DNA of 64,000 bases from Candidatus Nomurabacteria bacterium (GCA_020632445.1 JACKFN010000002.1:36387-100386); one strand, 5' to 3'. Counted from the stretch's first letter, positions 42,554-51,953 are shown. Numbers and translations are program-made. Notes: a model not told the origin generated them from the letters alone.

Positions 42554-42817
42554 TTACTTTATGGAAATTATCTGTATCCCCTTTTCTTCAATCTGCTCTT
42601 TTGACCAGAACAGTTCGTCAAGTTTACACTTTGCCACATACGTAACCTCTCGCCGGCAACTTCTTCCTGTATACTCCTGCGTCTGTGGATCCCACTCTTG
42701 CAAAATCAAAACATCCCCTTCCTTTACCTCAAAATCATTCAATCGAAGCTCATAATTTTTTTTGCCCGAGTTAATAGCGTCAAAATACTGTGGCCAAACT
42801 TTTTTGTGTATTTCCAT
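42554..42817 (-). CDS. ASCH/DUF3850-family PUA-like domain protein
   Basis: MEIHKKVWPQYFDAINSGKKNYELRLNDFEVKEGDVLILQEWD matches DUF3850 consensus. Confidence 0.6.
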   Translation of the reverse strand: MEIHKKVWPQYFDAINSGKKNYELRLNDFEVKEGDVLILQEWDPQTQEYTGRSCRREVTYVAKCKLDELFWSKEQIEEKGIQIISIK

Positions 42818-42832
42818 AGTGAGAAAGAATGT

Positions 42833-42909
42833 TGGTCGGGATGACTGGACTTGAACCAGCGACCTTACGACCCCCAGCCGTACGCTCTAGCCAACTGAGC
42901 TACACCCCG
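42833..42909 (-). tRNA. tRNA-Pro(GGG) with encoded CCA
   Basis: Acceptor CGGGGTG/CATCCCG, D-arm GCTC-AGTTGGCTA-GAGC, anticodon loop CTGGGGG (GGG, G37), T-arm GCTGG-TTCAAGT-CCAGT, discriminator A + CCA. Confidence 0.85.
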
Positions 42910-42910
42910 T

Positions 42911-42939
42911 TTGAAACACTTTCATTTTAGCGGTACAAT
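42911..42939 (+). promoter_or_regulatory. promoter TTGAAA-17nt-TACAAT upstream of arfB
   Basis: ttgaaa cactttcattttagcgg tacaat. Confidence 0.5.
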
Positions 42940-42960
42940 ACTGGTAAGTCAACCATACCT

Positions 42961-43386
42961 ATGTCAGCTTCAAAAAACAACCTTATTGCCGTGCCACAAG
43001 AAGAAATTGCCATGCGCACCGTTCGATCCGGTGGTCCAGGAGGTCAAAGTGTTAACAAAACCGCTTCAAAAGTTGAGTTGCGATGGTCAATCACAGATAG
43101 CAACACTTTTTCACCTGAGCAAAAAAATATACTGCTCCAAAATCTCAAAAACCGTATCAATAGTGACGGCGAACTTGTCCTGCATTGCGAGAGTGAGAGA
43201 TCTCAAAAACAAAACAAAGCCCTGGCGTATGAGCTCCTGTGCACACTGGTTACAAAGGCACTACATATTCCCAAAAAACGAATCACAACCAAACCGAGCA
43301 AGGCTTCTATCAAAAAAAGGGAGCAAAACAAAAAACATCAAAGTCTAAAAAAAGAACATCGAAAATCTCCAACACTCGAAGACTAA
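42961..43386 (+). CDS. arfB: alternative ribosome-rescue factor ArfB (peptidyl-tRNA hydrolase, GGQ)
   Basis: RSGGPGGQSVNKT GGQ motif, basic C-terminal tail, 141 aa. Confidence 0.85.
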   Translation: MSASKNNLIAVPQEEIAMRTVRSGGPGGQSVNKTASKVELRWSITDSNTFSPEQKNILLQNLKNRINSDGELVLHCESERSQKQNKALAYELLCTLVTKALHIPKKRITTKPSKASIKKREQNKKHQSLKKEHRKSPTLED

Positions 43387-43786
43387 ATCCTTTCAGATGA
43401 GATCCATAGACCTCATCTTTTTTTACAAAAAAACAACCTTTTACAGATTGTTTTTTTCAGGCTGGAAGCGGAAACCCATTTCCCTATATAAACTAGGTGG
43501 GTCACCACAATCACCGCCCACGGGCGTGTGACAATATTGGCGTCCCAATGGATTTTCAACGGAAATGTTTACCGCTTAGAGCCTGTCTGTTGCTTTTTTT
43601 TCGAATCCAGATGAAAAATGAAACAGAGAGACTCTATGCTGCAGAATCATTTTCAGTATGCCGCAAAAAAATTCCTTTGTCAATTTCTCTACTCTCCTCT
43701 TTGTACATAATACAAACAGGGGAAGCGCAGGTGATGGGACCTGCCGGAGTGGTGGGTGTTTGGTTGGAATTATGCGGGCATGAAGT

Positions 43787-43990
43787 TCACCGACTGAAAC
43801 GATGCGCCCAGTAAGGCATGGTGGCGGTGCTCCAGAAGTCGACCCCGAGCTGCTCAGCGGCGCTCAGCGCGATCTGGATGATCGACCACCCCTGCCTCAC
43901 AGATTGCTTGTAGAACGCCTCGATCCCCTCGACGACTCGTCGAACGAGCTTGTGGTGCTGGCGGCGAGTCAACGTCTTCTGCTTGCTCAT
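43787..43990 (-). CDS. high-GC small ORF, possibly a gene fragment
   Basis: 67 aa MSKQKTLTRRQHHKLVRRVVEGIEAFYKQ... with near-uniform G/C third positions; embedded in ~500-bp GC-rich patch. Confidence 0.35.
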   Translation of the reverse strand: MSKQKTLTRRQHHKLVRRVVEGIEAFYKQSVRQGWSIIQIALSAAEQLGVDFWSTATMPYWAHRFSR

Positions 43991-44064
43991 GTTCTCCCCA
44001 TGGAAGCCTGGTAGTGCGTTAGAGGTTTTTGCCCTCCTGTAAATAAAAAACTTACAGCAGAACA

Positions 44065-44093
44065 AAAAAGCCGCCCCAGTAATTCGGGGCGGC
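44065..44093 (-). terminator. GC-rich hairpin terminator
   Basis: aaaaagccgcccc-agtaatt-cggggcggc on plus; T-run follows on minus strand. Confidence 0.55.
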
Positions 44094-44111
44094 TCTCAAT
44101 TGCGATTTCTT

Positions 44112-44297
44112 TTACATTATGCTGTTACATCCACATCCTTCGCATCCTCCACAGCATACTTCTTCTTCATCCTCAGTTTCGCTTTTGAGTGCTGCCCCTT
44201 GATAAGGCACCACTGTCCAAATATTTGTCACATATGCAAAATCCACCACCAGTAGGAGGTTCATAATGCGCTTCATTGTGACTTGAAACTGAGTCAT
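44112..44297 (-). CDS. small protein with C-terminal Cys cluster (CCGGCEGCGC)
   Basis: 61 aa; acidic stretch then five Cys in 10 residues; TTGACA box upstream. Confidence 0.35.
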   Translation of the reverse strand: MTQFQVTMKRIMNLLLVVDFAYVTNIWTVVPYQGAALKSETEDEEEVCCGGCEGCGCNSIM

Positions 44298-44424
44298 ATT
44301 AGTATATATACTTTAACCAATAGAGAAAAAATTGTCAAGGAAAACTGTGGAGAATACCGATAATTTCCTTCTTACAAAAAATCCTGGTATGTCCCAGGAT
44401 TTTCAACTTTTTAGCGTAAGACTT

Positions 44425-44904
44425 TTAAGCCCTTTCATCCTCCATATATACATGAAGGTATTCTGTTTTATCGTATTCAAAAATTTCTCCCTCAGCAAAA
44501 AATCTCTCGATCTCTGCTTTGGCATTTTCAATGCTATCTGAGCAGTGAACCACATTACACATACCCATGGCAAGATCTCCACGGATGGTTCCTGCATCAG
44601 CTTGACCAGCATGAGTAACTCCTGCGATAAGACGTACGGCATCTACGGCACCTTTCCCTTCTGCGCAGATAACAGCGACAGGAGAAGACTTCATAAATCC
44701 CTCAAGCCCTGGATAAAATGGCTTTTCAACATGATGAGCGTAGTGCTCTCGCAATTTATCCTCTGAAAGGTACATAAGCTTGAGTCCGGCAATCTTGAGT
44801 CCTTTGGTTTCAAGACGCTTTACCACCTCACCGATAAGCCCACGTTGTACTCCGTCTGGCTTTACGATGATGAGGGTTTTTTCAAATACACCGTCAAAAC
44901 GCAT
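44425..44904 (-). CDS. ndk: nucleoside diphosphate kinase
   Basis: IIVKPDGVQRGLIGEV...NVVHCSD (active-site His). Confidence 0.9.
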   Translation of the reverse strand: MRFDGVFEKTLIIVKPDGVQRGLIGEVVKRLETKGLKIAGLKLMYLSEDKLREHYAHHVEKPFYPGLEGFMKSSPVAVICAEGKGAVDAVRLIAGVTHAGQADAGTIRGDLAMGMCNVVHCSDSIENAKAEIERFFAEGEIFEYDKTEYLHVYMEDERA

Positions 44905-45024
44905 ATTTTTGATGTTAATTACTGATTATTTGCCCTGATTATAGAGAAAAAAATGAAAAAAGTCAAGTGTTGACAGCTGTTTTTTCTCATGATAGGCTAG
45001 CGGCACTGAGCAGAGGAGGGTGCC

Positions 45025-45348
45025 ATGAAAAGCATCGTATATGGAACGTGGGTCGCGGAAGACGGCAAGTGGTCCTGCAACTGCCCCGCAGGTACCAAGC
45101 CACCCAAGGCCAAAGTACATCGACACGATGTTGATCGATGCAACGAGTGTCAGTCCAGTCGTCCCGAGAAGCAATTTGGTATCTGGCTTGACTACTACGC
45201 CTGGAAATGCGCCTGTGACTTACCGAGGGCAGACCAGGCAAGGTGGTGTCCTGACTGCGTGAGATTTAGACCAGCCCCAAATGGAACCGACGCGGAAGGA
45301 AATCCACGCCCGCCTCTTACCATGGAAGAAGCCCTTCGTCCAGTTTGA
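45025..45348 (+). CDS. high-GC Cys-rich zinc-ribbon protein 1
   Basis: 107 aa; WSCNC, CNEC, WKCAC, WCPDC pairs; AGGAGG SD 6 nt upstream; GC3-biased. Confidence 0.55.
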   Translation: MKSIVYGTWVAEDGKWSCNCPAGTKPPKAKVHRHDVDRCNECQSSRPEKQFGIWLDYYAWKCACDLPRADQARWCPDCVRFRPAPNGTDAEGNPRPPLTMEEALRPV

Positions 45349-45381
45349 CCCACACATACCCACCTCTACATTCAATATCTT

Positions 45382-45411
45382 AAAAGGACACTCCTCAGGA
45401 GTGTCCTTTTT
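45382..45411 (+). terminator. rho-independent terminator
   Basis: aaaaggacactcct-c-aggagtgtccttttt. Confidence 0.65.
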
Positions 45412-45473
45412 GTATTGACAAAACCTTTGAAATGTGTTTAGCTATTATCAGACTCACGACAGGGGACAACCAC

Positions 45474-45734
45474 ATGTCGACCCGCATCCACCATGACCGT
45501 TATTTTCAGTGCACCAAGTGCGGACAAAATCACCGGCCGGATGAGATCCCCCGGGAGTGCACCGGCCGCTACAGTGAGGAAAGCATCTGCAGCGCTGACC
45601 TCAGCAGACAGCTCGAGGAGAAGCGGTGGCGACAATGTCACACGTGCCACTGCTGGAACCATCCCCACAACCCGAACATCCCCCACCGGTACACCAACTG
45701 CGCCAAATGCGACACCGAGCTTCCCACCTCCTGA
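45474..45734 (+). CDS. high-GC Cys-rich zinc-ribbon protein 2
   Basis: 86 aa; CTKCG, WRQCHTCHC, NCAKCD motifs; GC3-biased. Confidence 0.5.
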   Translation: MSTRIHHDRYFQCTKCGQNHRPDEIPRECTGRYSEESICSADLSRQLEEKRWRQCHTCHCWNHPHNPNIPHRYTNCAKCDTELPTS

Positions 45735-45828
45735 GCATCGTAACGCTCCCCACCTTTCTCCCCCATTCACAAAACTTTTTTTACAAAGACACTCCGAGTG
45801 ATCTTTTTTTGTTTTGCCATTCTGTCCC

Positions 45829-45857
45829 TTGACAGGTACTGGCTAGTCAGGTTAAAT
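45829..45857 (+). promoter_or_regulatory. promoter TTGACA-17nt-TTAAAT upstream of Cys-rich protein 3
   Basis: ttgaca ggtactggctagtcagg ttaaat. Confidence 0.4.
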
Positions 45858-45898
45858 AGATCCTAGTGCCTATTTCTTCGACGAACATCGAGGTTCAC

Positions 45899-46663
45899 AT
45901 GGCGAAACGAAGCAAATGTGCTCAGTCACGGATCACGCCAGGAAAGCGCAAGCGTGGTAAGGGAGGCGGTCCGCAGCGTGTGACCGCCCGTAAGCGGGGC
46001 GCGGCAGCGCGCTACTGCCCCCAGTGTGGTGGAACCGACAACAGCCACAGCCATGGGGTCAGGGACCCCAAGACCGGTGTGCTGTGCTACAGTCCCCGGC
46101 TCTGTCGGCCCGCCGACTGCACGCACTGTGGGATCCAAATCCTGGTGGGTCACGTACAGACCGCACACAGCAACTGCGGTCTGCTGGATCGGTCGAAAAC
46201 GAGCATCGATCACCACGCCACCACGACCACGGTCACACCGCCGACGGTGCGGATGACGGGTCCGGACGGCAAGCGTGTCCCCGAAGCCGAGGAGACCTGC
46301 GAGCACTGCGGTGAGAACGTTGTCAGCATCCATAATCACTACCGTGTGACTGGTTCTATCAACAGACGCGTTCGATGGATGTGCGAAAGTGCCGAAAAAA
46401 AGGCGCGTAAGTCTGCTGCAGCTGCGGCGGCCACTGACAAGGCCAAAGCGGCCGCGTCGAAGCCTGCTGCTCAACCGAGCCGCGTGCCCCTCTCGCTGCC
46501 GGAAGGAATTTGGACAGGAAACGGTACAACGCACTGGACCTGTACCACGCCTGGATGTCGTTGTACTAACAACTACACCAGTGACGAATTGTGCTACCGT
46601 TGCGGCAAATCACGCCGCCCCAAGGGTAACCCGCCTCGTCAGTCCTCCACCTACCGCTGGTAA
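45899..46663 (+). CDS. high-GC basic multi-zinc-ribbon protein 3 (RanBP2-like W-x-C-x4-C-x3-N-x7-C-x2-C finger at C-terminus)
   Basis: 254 aa; YCPQCGG, CRPADCTHCG, TCEHCGEN, WTCTTPGCRCTNNYTSDELCYRCG; GAGGT SD; GC3 ~90%. Confidence 0.55.
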   Translation: MAKRSKCAQSRITPGKRKRGKGGGPQRVTARKRGAAARYCPQCGGTDNSHSHGVRDPKTGVLCYSPRLCRPADCTHCGIQILVGHVQTAHSNCGLLDRSKTSIDHHATTTTVTPPTVRMTGPDGKRVPEAEETCEHCGENVVSIHNHYRVTGSINRRVRWMCESAEKKARKSAAAAAATDKAKAAASKPAAQPSRVPLSLPEGIWTGNGTTHWTCTTPGCRCTNNYTSDELCYRCGKSRRPKGNPPRQSSTYRW

Positions 46664-46760
46664 TCACAAATCCCACCTTCTTCCCTCTCACATTTTTCAT
46701 CCAAAAACAAAACATCCCTATGAGGACGTTTTTTGTTTGTATGTTCAAATGTTTATATGA

Positions 46761-48887
46761 CTAAAGCTCATCCAGACTCTTCAAAAAACTCCTTTTGTTC
46801 CTTTCATAATCAAAAATCTCACCCTCCGGCACATATTCAATATCATCAACATCATCGCTCGGATCAGAAAACACGGTTTCAGCTCCAAAGGCCCCAATTT
46901 CTTCTATCAGATCTTTATCAATTTCCTGCAAAAACATGGATGGTCCACCAAGCACACTACGAAAACTTCCGACAAGCGGATATGTCATGTGCAAATATTT
47001 TCTAGCCCGAGTAATGGCAACATAAAACAAACGCCTTTCTTCCTCAAGACCTTTATCCTCACGTAGTGCCCGTTCATTGGGGAAATCTCCTTGCGCCACC
47101 CCAAGGATAAATACAGCTTCCCATTCAAGTCCCTTTGCCTGATGAATCGTTGACATGACGAGTTTCCCTTCGTCATCGACATGAGTTTTGTCTGTAACAG
47201 CACCCTGAAAACTTTCTTGCATGGAAGCTTCGCCCAAAAATTTTCCAAGATCCGTTTGTACTGCTGCAAAATCAGAAAGCTGTTCAATATCTTTCATGCG
47301 ATCACGATAGTTGTCATATTCTGATTCCAAGTATTCGGTATATTTTGAATCCAATAGTGCATCAATTAAGTCACTTGGGGTTACCTTTTCGATATCACCA
47401 TACTTTTTGTACACCGCTTCCATAATTTCAAAAATTTGCAAAAAATCATTCCATCCCACTTGTCCACGAGAAGAGAGTTTACTCCCCAGCCGCCCTAAAT
47501 CCTCTCCATCAAACCAAGCTCCGATAGCGGCGGAGCCTTGCAGTGCGTCTATAATTTTTTGCGCTGATGCGGGGCCAATTCCCACCTGCATGTTCAGTAC
47601 ACGACTCCATGCAATGGCGTCATCTTTGTTATGAAAAATACGCAAGTACGCCAAGATATCTTTGATATGTGATCGTTCAAAAAATCTCACTCCTCCACGA
47701 TAATCATAGGGAATATCACGCTTGGTGAGTTCAACTTCCAGTACCTGCGAAAGATGTGACGCTCGAAAGAGCACGGCCATGTGATTGATCGGTACTCCTT
47801 CGTCTCGAAGCTCGAGTATACGGTCAGCGACAAATTCTGCTTCTTCTATCTTGTCTGCAAAGGCTTGTACTTCAGGCTTGGTGAAATACTCACCAACACT
47901 CTGGAGATTTTTTTCAAACTGAGAGGTGTTTTGTGCTATGACGGTATTTGCAACGTCAAGAATGTTAGGCGTTGATCGGTAGTTGGTTTCCAGTTTGAAA
48001 ATTTTTGCGTCCGGAAACCGATGTTCAAATTGTAAAATGTTATCAATATCTGCAGCGCGAAAAGAATAGATACTTTGTGCATCATCCCCCACCACCAAAA
48101 TATTTTTGTGGTGACTTGCCAGCACATCAATGATGTTTGCCTGAATTTTATTGGTGTCCTGATACTCATCAACGAGAATATATTCAAACTGTTTGCTGAG
48201 CTTTTCTCGCACTGGCTGCGATTGGAGCAAAAGCAAAAGAAGATTGGTCAAAAGATCATCAAAGTCCATGGCATTGGCTGCCATTTTTCTTTTTTTGTAT
48301 TCTGTTGCAATACGCGCGATATCATCTGCAAAGACACTCCAGTTGGGATGTTTGAGCTCCAGAACATCCTCTATGGTCATTTCGGCATTTCTGGCATAGC
48401 TGATAATTCCCTGCAATACTTTTGCCGAAGGAAAACGTTTTGATTTTCTATCAACTCCTTCAAGCTTGAGACACACCTTCATCAAATCTTTGGCGTCTTC
48501 TGAATCCAAAATCGAAAAGTTGTTCTGATAGCCAAGCAGTGCCGCATACTGTTTGAGAATACGAAAGGCAATATGATGAAACGTCCCAGACCACGTCACC
48601 TGTTTGTCTTTGCCCAAAAGCGCTGCCACCCGATGCTGCATCTCTTTGGCGGCTTTATTGGTAAAGGTCACGAGCAAAATATGGCTCGGGTCAATACCTT
48701 TTTCGAGTAAGTACGCAACGCGATGAACAATCGTTCTCGTCTTTCCACTCCCTGCTCCTGCCAAAACCAAACATGGCCCGTCCCCCATTTTGACGACGCT
48801 ATATTGCTGTGAGTTGAGAAGGTTTTCGTAATCAAGCATAAATTTCTGCTCGTCTATGCATTGTAGCAAAAAAAGACCTTTCAGCAA
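46761..48887 (-). CDS. UvrD/PcrA-family ATP-dependent DNA helicase
   Basis: 708 aa; Walker A AGAGSGKTRT, helicase motifs throughout. Confidence 0.85.
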   Translation of the reverse strand: MLKGLFLLQCIDEQKFMLDYENLLNSQQYSVVKMGDGPCLVLAGAGSGKTRTIVHRVAYLLEKGIDPSHILLVTFTNKAAKEMQHRVAALLGKDKQVTWSGTFHHIAFRILKQYAALLGYQNNFSILDSEDAKDLMKVCLKLEGVDRKSKRFPSAKVLQGIISYARNAEMTIEDVLELKHPNWSVFADDIARIATEYKKRKMAANAMDFDDLLTNLLLLLLQSQPVREKLSKQFEYILVDEYQDTNKIQANIIDVLASHHKNILVVGDDAQSIYSFRAADIDNILQFEHRFPDAKIFKLETNYRSTPNILDVANTVIAQNTSQFEKNLQSVGEYFTKPEVQAFADKIEEAEFVADRILELRDEGVPINHMAVLFRASHLSQVLEVELTKRDIPYDYRGGVRFFERSHIKDILAYLRIFHNKDDAIAWSRVLNMQVGIGPASAQKIIDALQGSAAIGAWFDGEDLGRLGSKLSSRGQVGWNDFLQIFEIMEAVYKKYGDIEKVTPSDLIDALLDSKYTEYLESEYDNYRDRMKDIEQLSDFAAVQTDLGKFLGEASMQESFQGAVTDKTHVDDEGKLVMSTIHQAKGLEWEAVFILGVAQGDFPNERALREDKGLEEERRLFYVAITRARKYLHMTYPLVGSFRSVLGGPSMFLQEIDKDLIEEIGAFGAETVFSDPSDDVDDIEYVPEGEIFDYERNKRSFLKSLDEL

Positions 48888-48890
48888 ATC

Positions 48891-49913
48891 CTACTTTTCT
48901 TCTTTTCGTACAATCCAAGCAATGGGACTCCCCTGACTCACGGCACCTATACCATACTGCGACACCAGCAAAAAAGAAAATGGTGCTAGCAAATCTGTAA
49001 ACGTATTGGTTTGTGGCTCATATATCTGAGCATATAGCTTCCCCGTTTGGACTGTTTGCCCCGGTATTGCGCTCCACAATATATATCCACCCTGCGACAC
49101 AAAAAGCTCTTGTGCGCTTTCCATCGGCACGGTGAGTACTTGTTCATTTTTTTCTTGCTGTTTGTTCCAAATCGACTCAATCCAACTCACGAGCCTTTTG
49201 AAACGATCCTCCATCTCAGATACTTCAATGACACTGTGATGAGATACTTCCCACGTACATGCCTTCGGTACATCTTCACCTGTATCCAAAAAAGGGATGA
49301 CACATGACTCATCAAATGCCCCATAGGCATTCTGCTTTTCCCACAATATTTGTACATGTGGACCAAGTTTTTGAAAGCAGTGTCTAGCACTTTTATGCGT
49401 AAACAAATGATTGATGCTCTTATACCCCGTAGTATGTATATCTATCACATAGTGTGCATCGTACGACAGAATTTTCAGCTCGGCAGCAAATCTTTGCTCA
49501 ACGGAAATATTCTCTTGGGCAAGCAACTTCTGGTAGTAGTGTTTTTGCTCTTCAAAAGTCTTGAAAACCTGATCAACGGAAAAAATTCTATTCCAATTTT
49601 TTCCGGTTAACGGATTCCATCTCCCCACAAGGGCATTATAGGCAACACTTTGTACACCCACTGGATTGGCACATGGCACAACTGTAATTTTCCCGGGAAA
49701 CGTCTTCACATTCTGTAAATATTGAATAACCCTTCCTAGAAGCGGCACACCAAAAATTTCCGGTCCATGTAAATTTGCTTGCAAATAAATATGTGGACCA
49801 GGAATGTCTCCGTTAAAAACGTATGCATGGAGGCGAAGCTGATCACCGGTAGGCAGGTTTTGAATGTTAATCGTTTTTTTTGTGTGTTTCATATATATTT
49901 TACGAAGAATCAA
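48891..49913 (-). CDS. succinylglutamate desuccinylase/aspartoacylase (AstE/AspA)-family zinc deacylase
   Basis: N-terminal ANLHGPEIFG (HGxE zinc-ligand motif), 340 aa. Confidence 0.5.
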   Translation of the reverse strand: MILRKIYMKHTKKTINIQNLPTGDQLRLHAYVFNGDIPGPHIYLQANLHGPEIFGVPLLGRVIQYLQNVKTFPGKITVVPCANPVGVQSVAYNALVGRWNPLTGKNWNRIFSVDQVFKTFEEQKHYYQKLLAQENISVEQRFAAELKILSYDAHYVIDIHTTGYKSINHLFTHKSARHCFQKLGPHVQILWEKQNAYGAFDESCVIPFLDTGEDVPKACTWEVSHHSVIEVSEMEDRFKRLVSWIESIWNKQQEKNEQVLTVPMESAQELFVSQGGYILWSAIPGQTVQTGKLYAQIYEPQTNTFTDLLAPFSFLLVSQYGIGAVSQGSPIAWIVRKEEK

Positions 49914-49940
49914 GGTGGAGGAAATGGTGGGAATTTCCTC

Positions 49941-50426
49941 CTATTTTGGTGGGTTGACTGAAAAAAGCCGACACTGCTCAGGCACCGCGCGTAGCGGACA
50001 GTGCAGCCTCTGCTGGTGGGTGGCAAGGCGATCACACACACCACAAGACGCACTCCACGGCACAATGTCCCATGTATCGACAGACGACTCTCTCCATCCT
50101 GCCTTTTGCGCAAGATGAGAGACTTTGTCGTTGTGTGTGAGTAGAAATGCAGAAATGTCGTTGGCAAGTACGAGAAGCTTACCAAAAATCTCACTCGCCA
50201 AGCCCCTGCCACGCGCACGAGGATGCACCCAGACAGAACCAAGTTCAAACCAACGATCATCCGGGGTTTCCCACAGCGCCGCAAAAGCAACAATGACCAA
50301 GCCCTCACTGACAAGAACGGCCTGTCCCTCTAGAAACTTCCTCTCCAAAAGGTCGGCGGAAAGCCGGCCACCAAGCAAATCAGACTCGCTATTCAGGTTG
50401 TTAGCCAAATCATCCCAGCGGTACAT
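49941..50426 (-). CDS. GNAT-family N-acetyltransferase (GC-elevated)
   Basis: WVHPRARGRGLASEI (motif A R/Q-x-x-G-x-G/A); start placed at MYRWDD; ~55% GC. Confidence 0.55.
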   Translation of the reverse strand: MYRWDDLANNLNSESDLLGGRLSADLLERKFLEGQAVLVSEGLVIVAFAALWETPDDRWFELGSVWVHPRARGRGLASEIFGKLLVLANDISAFLLTHNDKVSHLAQKAGWRESSVDTWDIVPWSASCGVCDRLATHQQRLHCPLRAVPEQCRLFSVNPPK

Positions 50427-50776
50427 GTCGCCCCCCTTGTTGCATGAAAAAAACGCTCTTCCTTGAGAGCGCCTGATTATATTCTTTGAAAAAACACAAA
50501 CACACAGTCTCAAGGGATTCTTGAACTGCGACGACGGTTGTTTGTGTGAACTGCGAAGTGCATCATAGAGATAAAAAAACCGCTCTTGGCGGTAAAATTT
50601 GCTAATGAAAATACCGCCTACGAAACGCGGATACGACGAATACTTTTGAAAGTTACTCTTTTCATATTGTTTTTACATTAGCAAAGAAGAGAAGTGCTGT
50701 CAAGGGTTTGTTTAATTCATCGAACAAAATTTAGCTCATGAAATGAAAAAACGACCCTCCTCGGATCGCGTTTTCA

Positions 50777-51886
50777 TTACTTTACCTGCTTCTCAAGAAA
50801 CTGATATATAATATCGCGTAGCTTTTCCACAGATGACAGATCGGCCCATTCATCTTGTGCATGCCAATTTGCACCAATAGTTCCAACGAGTGCAGTCGGC
50901 ATTCCTTTTGAGGCAAAGTATCGGGCATCATGAGCGGCATGACTAAAACCAACTTGAATATCTTTATTGTAAACCTGAGACGCAATCTGTGAAATTTCTT
51001 TTACAAATGGATGTTCGATATCTGTATTTACTACTGAACCGCCCACAATGATGTTTAATTCTACTTCGTCACCTAGCTCTGCCTGCAACTTTTCAACGAG
51101 CTGTTCAGGATGAAGTGCAATATCTTCGGTAAATCGAATGTCGACAACCGCTCGGGCGTTATCTGGAACCTTATTGTATGCCTGATTATCCGTTCCAATA
51201 AAACCAATGTTCGCCGTGGTTTTCCAATCCTCAATTTCAGTTGCATCGGTTATCCTCTTGATATCTGCAAGTGCCTTTATAAGCTTATCTAAAGCATTGT
51301 CCCCAAGCCAAGGCCGAGATGAATGTGAAGACTTTCCTTTCGTCTTTACTTCAAGCCATACAACTCCCTTTTCCTTTGCGGTTATTCTAAATTCGTCAAA
51401 TTGAGGGCCGTCTGCAACAAGAACAAACTTTGATTTTGCCTTCAATCCATCAACAAAGTATCCCGCACCATTCTGCCCACCAATTTCTTCATCAGAATTT
51501 AACAAAAGCGCACAATTTAAACTCTTTCCAGCAAGTCCAATATCTCGAAGTGCATACATCATAGCAACAATTCCTCCCTTCATATCTGAAGTACCTCGCG
51601 CAAAAATTTTATCGCCATCAACTCTTGGATCAAAATCTTCGTCAGGAGCGGGAACGACATCCATATGACCATTAAGTAGAAGATCCGTATCCTTCCAATC
51701 AACCCCCTTGAAGGACACAACTTGTGATACAAAACCATTACTTTCAAAATAGTGGACCTCAAAAATATCTTTTGGAAAAAATGATTCTACAATATCAAAA
51801 GCCCTTTTTACTTCTTCATGGTTTTTTGTAATGGTTTTACATTTGAGTAAATCAATAAATGTTGTTTGCATATCTGACATAGTCAT
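50777..51886 (-). CDS. M20-family metallopeptidase/amidohydrolase (ArgE/DapE/LysK-like)
   Basis: GHMDVVPA and NSDEEIGG metal-ligand motifs; start at MTMSDMQTTF (the 110 upstream codons of the track ORF are antisense of the GC-rich repeat). Confidence 0.8.
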   Translation of the reverse strand: MTMSDMQTTFIDLLKCKTITKNHEEVKRAFDIVESFFPKDIFEVHYFESNGFVSQVVSFKGVDWKDTDLLLNGHMDVVPAPDEDFDPRVDGDKIFARGTSDMKGGIVAMMYALRDIGLAGKSLNCALLLNSDEEIGGQNGAGYFVDGLKAKSKFVLVADGPQFDEFRITAKEKGVVWLEVKTKGKSSHSSRPWLGDNALDKLIKALADIKRITDATEIEDWKTTANIGFIGTDNQAYNKVPDNARAVVDIRFTEDIALHPEQLVEKLQAELGDEVELNIIVGGSVVNTDIEHPFVKEISQIASQVYNKDIQVGFSHAAHDARYFASKGMPTALVGTIGANWHAQDEWADLSSVEKLRDIIYQFLEKQVK

Positions 51887-51953
51887 CGTGTTAAAAGTAC
51901 ATAGATAGCATAGTATATCTCTGATATTATTGCAATTTTGTCGGAGAGACGAA

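Noticed and set aside
45415-45448. TTGACA box upstream of Cys-rich ORF2 as a full promoter
   Set aside because: No acceptable -10 hexamer lies 16-19 nt downstream (the nearest TATTAT is 22 nt away), so only the -35-like hexamer is noted, not a promoter call.
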